Source: a virus
Reading direction: 5' to 3' (one strand)
DNA length: 64,000 nt
Virus record (IMG/VR): IMGVR_UViG_3300029267_001213
Coordinates: 22,554-86,553 of that record
Numbering within the stretch: position 1 is the first letter of the stretch; the number at the start of each line of letters is the position of its first letter. Of the stretch, positions 63,659-64,000 are shown one piece after another. The position numbers were made by a program, and so were the translations under genes. The notes below the pieces were generated by a model. The model saw only the letters and a list, made by a program, of their open reading frames with translations, was not told where the DNA came from and searched no databases.

Positions 63659-64000
63659 AATGGTGTGATGCAACTTGGAATCCTTTCACCGGTTGTTTGC
63701 ATGGCTGCAAGTATTGTTATGCGAGAAAATTTTCAAGACGACTGGCTGGTATTTCCGGTACGATATATTACGAGCTTAAAAAAATGGGACTGGATCCTTT
63801 TACGCCGGTTGTGGATTTCGATAAATTGAGCAGGATGTGGCAGGTATTAAAGGATGCCAAAAAACCAAAGCGGATATTTCTCGGCTCGATGGCAGATATA
63901 GCGGGAGACTGGCAGTGGCGATTTGCTGTAGATGGAGAAATTACGGAACCGGTATGTGCTTCTCATGATGTGCAGGAAATTATCAAGGGAGTATGCGAAG
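63637..64000 (+). CDS. DUF5131 / phage Gp37Gp68-family radical SAM protein (truncated by window end)
   Basis: Read by hand: MATGHKIEWCDATWNPFTGCLHGCKYCYARK...KPKRIFLGSMAD. Absent from the ORF track because it has no stop in the window. Confidence 0.88.
   Translation, partial: MATGHKIEWCDATWNPFTGCLHGCKYCYARKFSRRLAGISGTIYYELKKMGLDPFTPVVDFDKLSRMWQVLKDAKKPKRIFLGSMADIAGDWQWRFAVDGEITEPVCASHDVQEIIKGVCE

Noticed and set aside
655-63702. Minus-strand and nested alternative-frame ORFs in the track
   Set aside because: Nearly all shadow well-supported + strand genes, and none shows a recognisable motif.

Overview
This window is a 64 kb stretch of a contractile-tailed (myovirus-type) phage genome, and every credible gene is on the + strand. 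From 1 to 20.4 kb are the tail sheath, tube, chaperone (with a -1 slippery site), tape measure, baseplate and fibre genes, then holin/spanin-like membrane genes. From 20.5 to 28.9 kb is a block of small early-type genes punctuated by structured RNA elements: repeated long hairpins, a type II hammerhead ribozyme, and a long G.U-rich hairpin whose loop is antisense to the block's shared ribosome-binding sequence. From 29.6 to 42.8 kb are a MoxR/RavA AAA ATPase with a vWA partner, recombination and replication genes (Cas4-like nuclease, Sak4-like ATPase, SSB, initiator, primase-helicase, RuvC-like) and two lysozyme-fold enzymes. From 46 to 51 kb are the terminase subunits with queE inserted between them, and the portal. 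From 51 to 64 kb is an accessory region with a MazG-like gene, an FGE-fold lipoprotein, a CAU tRNA, a tmRNA (tag ANQQKALAA), queD and a DUF5131-like radical SAM gene. The most striking unexplained signal is a tandem array of 13 small, otherwise unrelated proteins (59152-62462, ten with zinc ribbons), plus two dispersed genes, that all carry the same C-terminal or near-terminal peptide Q-x-x-[IVM]-[KRS]-E-[RK]-[IVT], encoded with varied synonymous codons. No capsid, integrase, DNA polymerase or reverse transcriptase was recognised in the window. All family assignments come from recognising motifs by eye, and no database searches were run.
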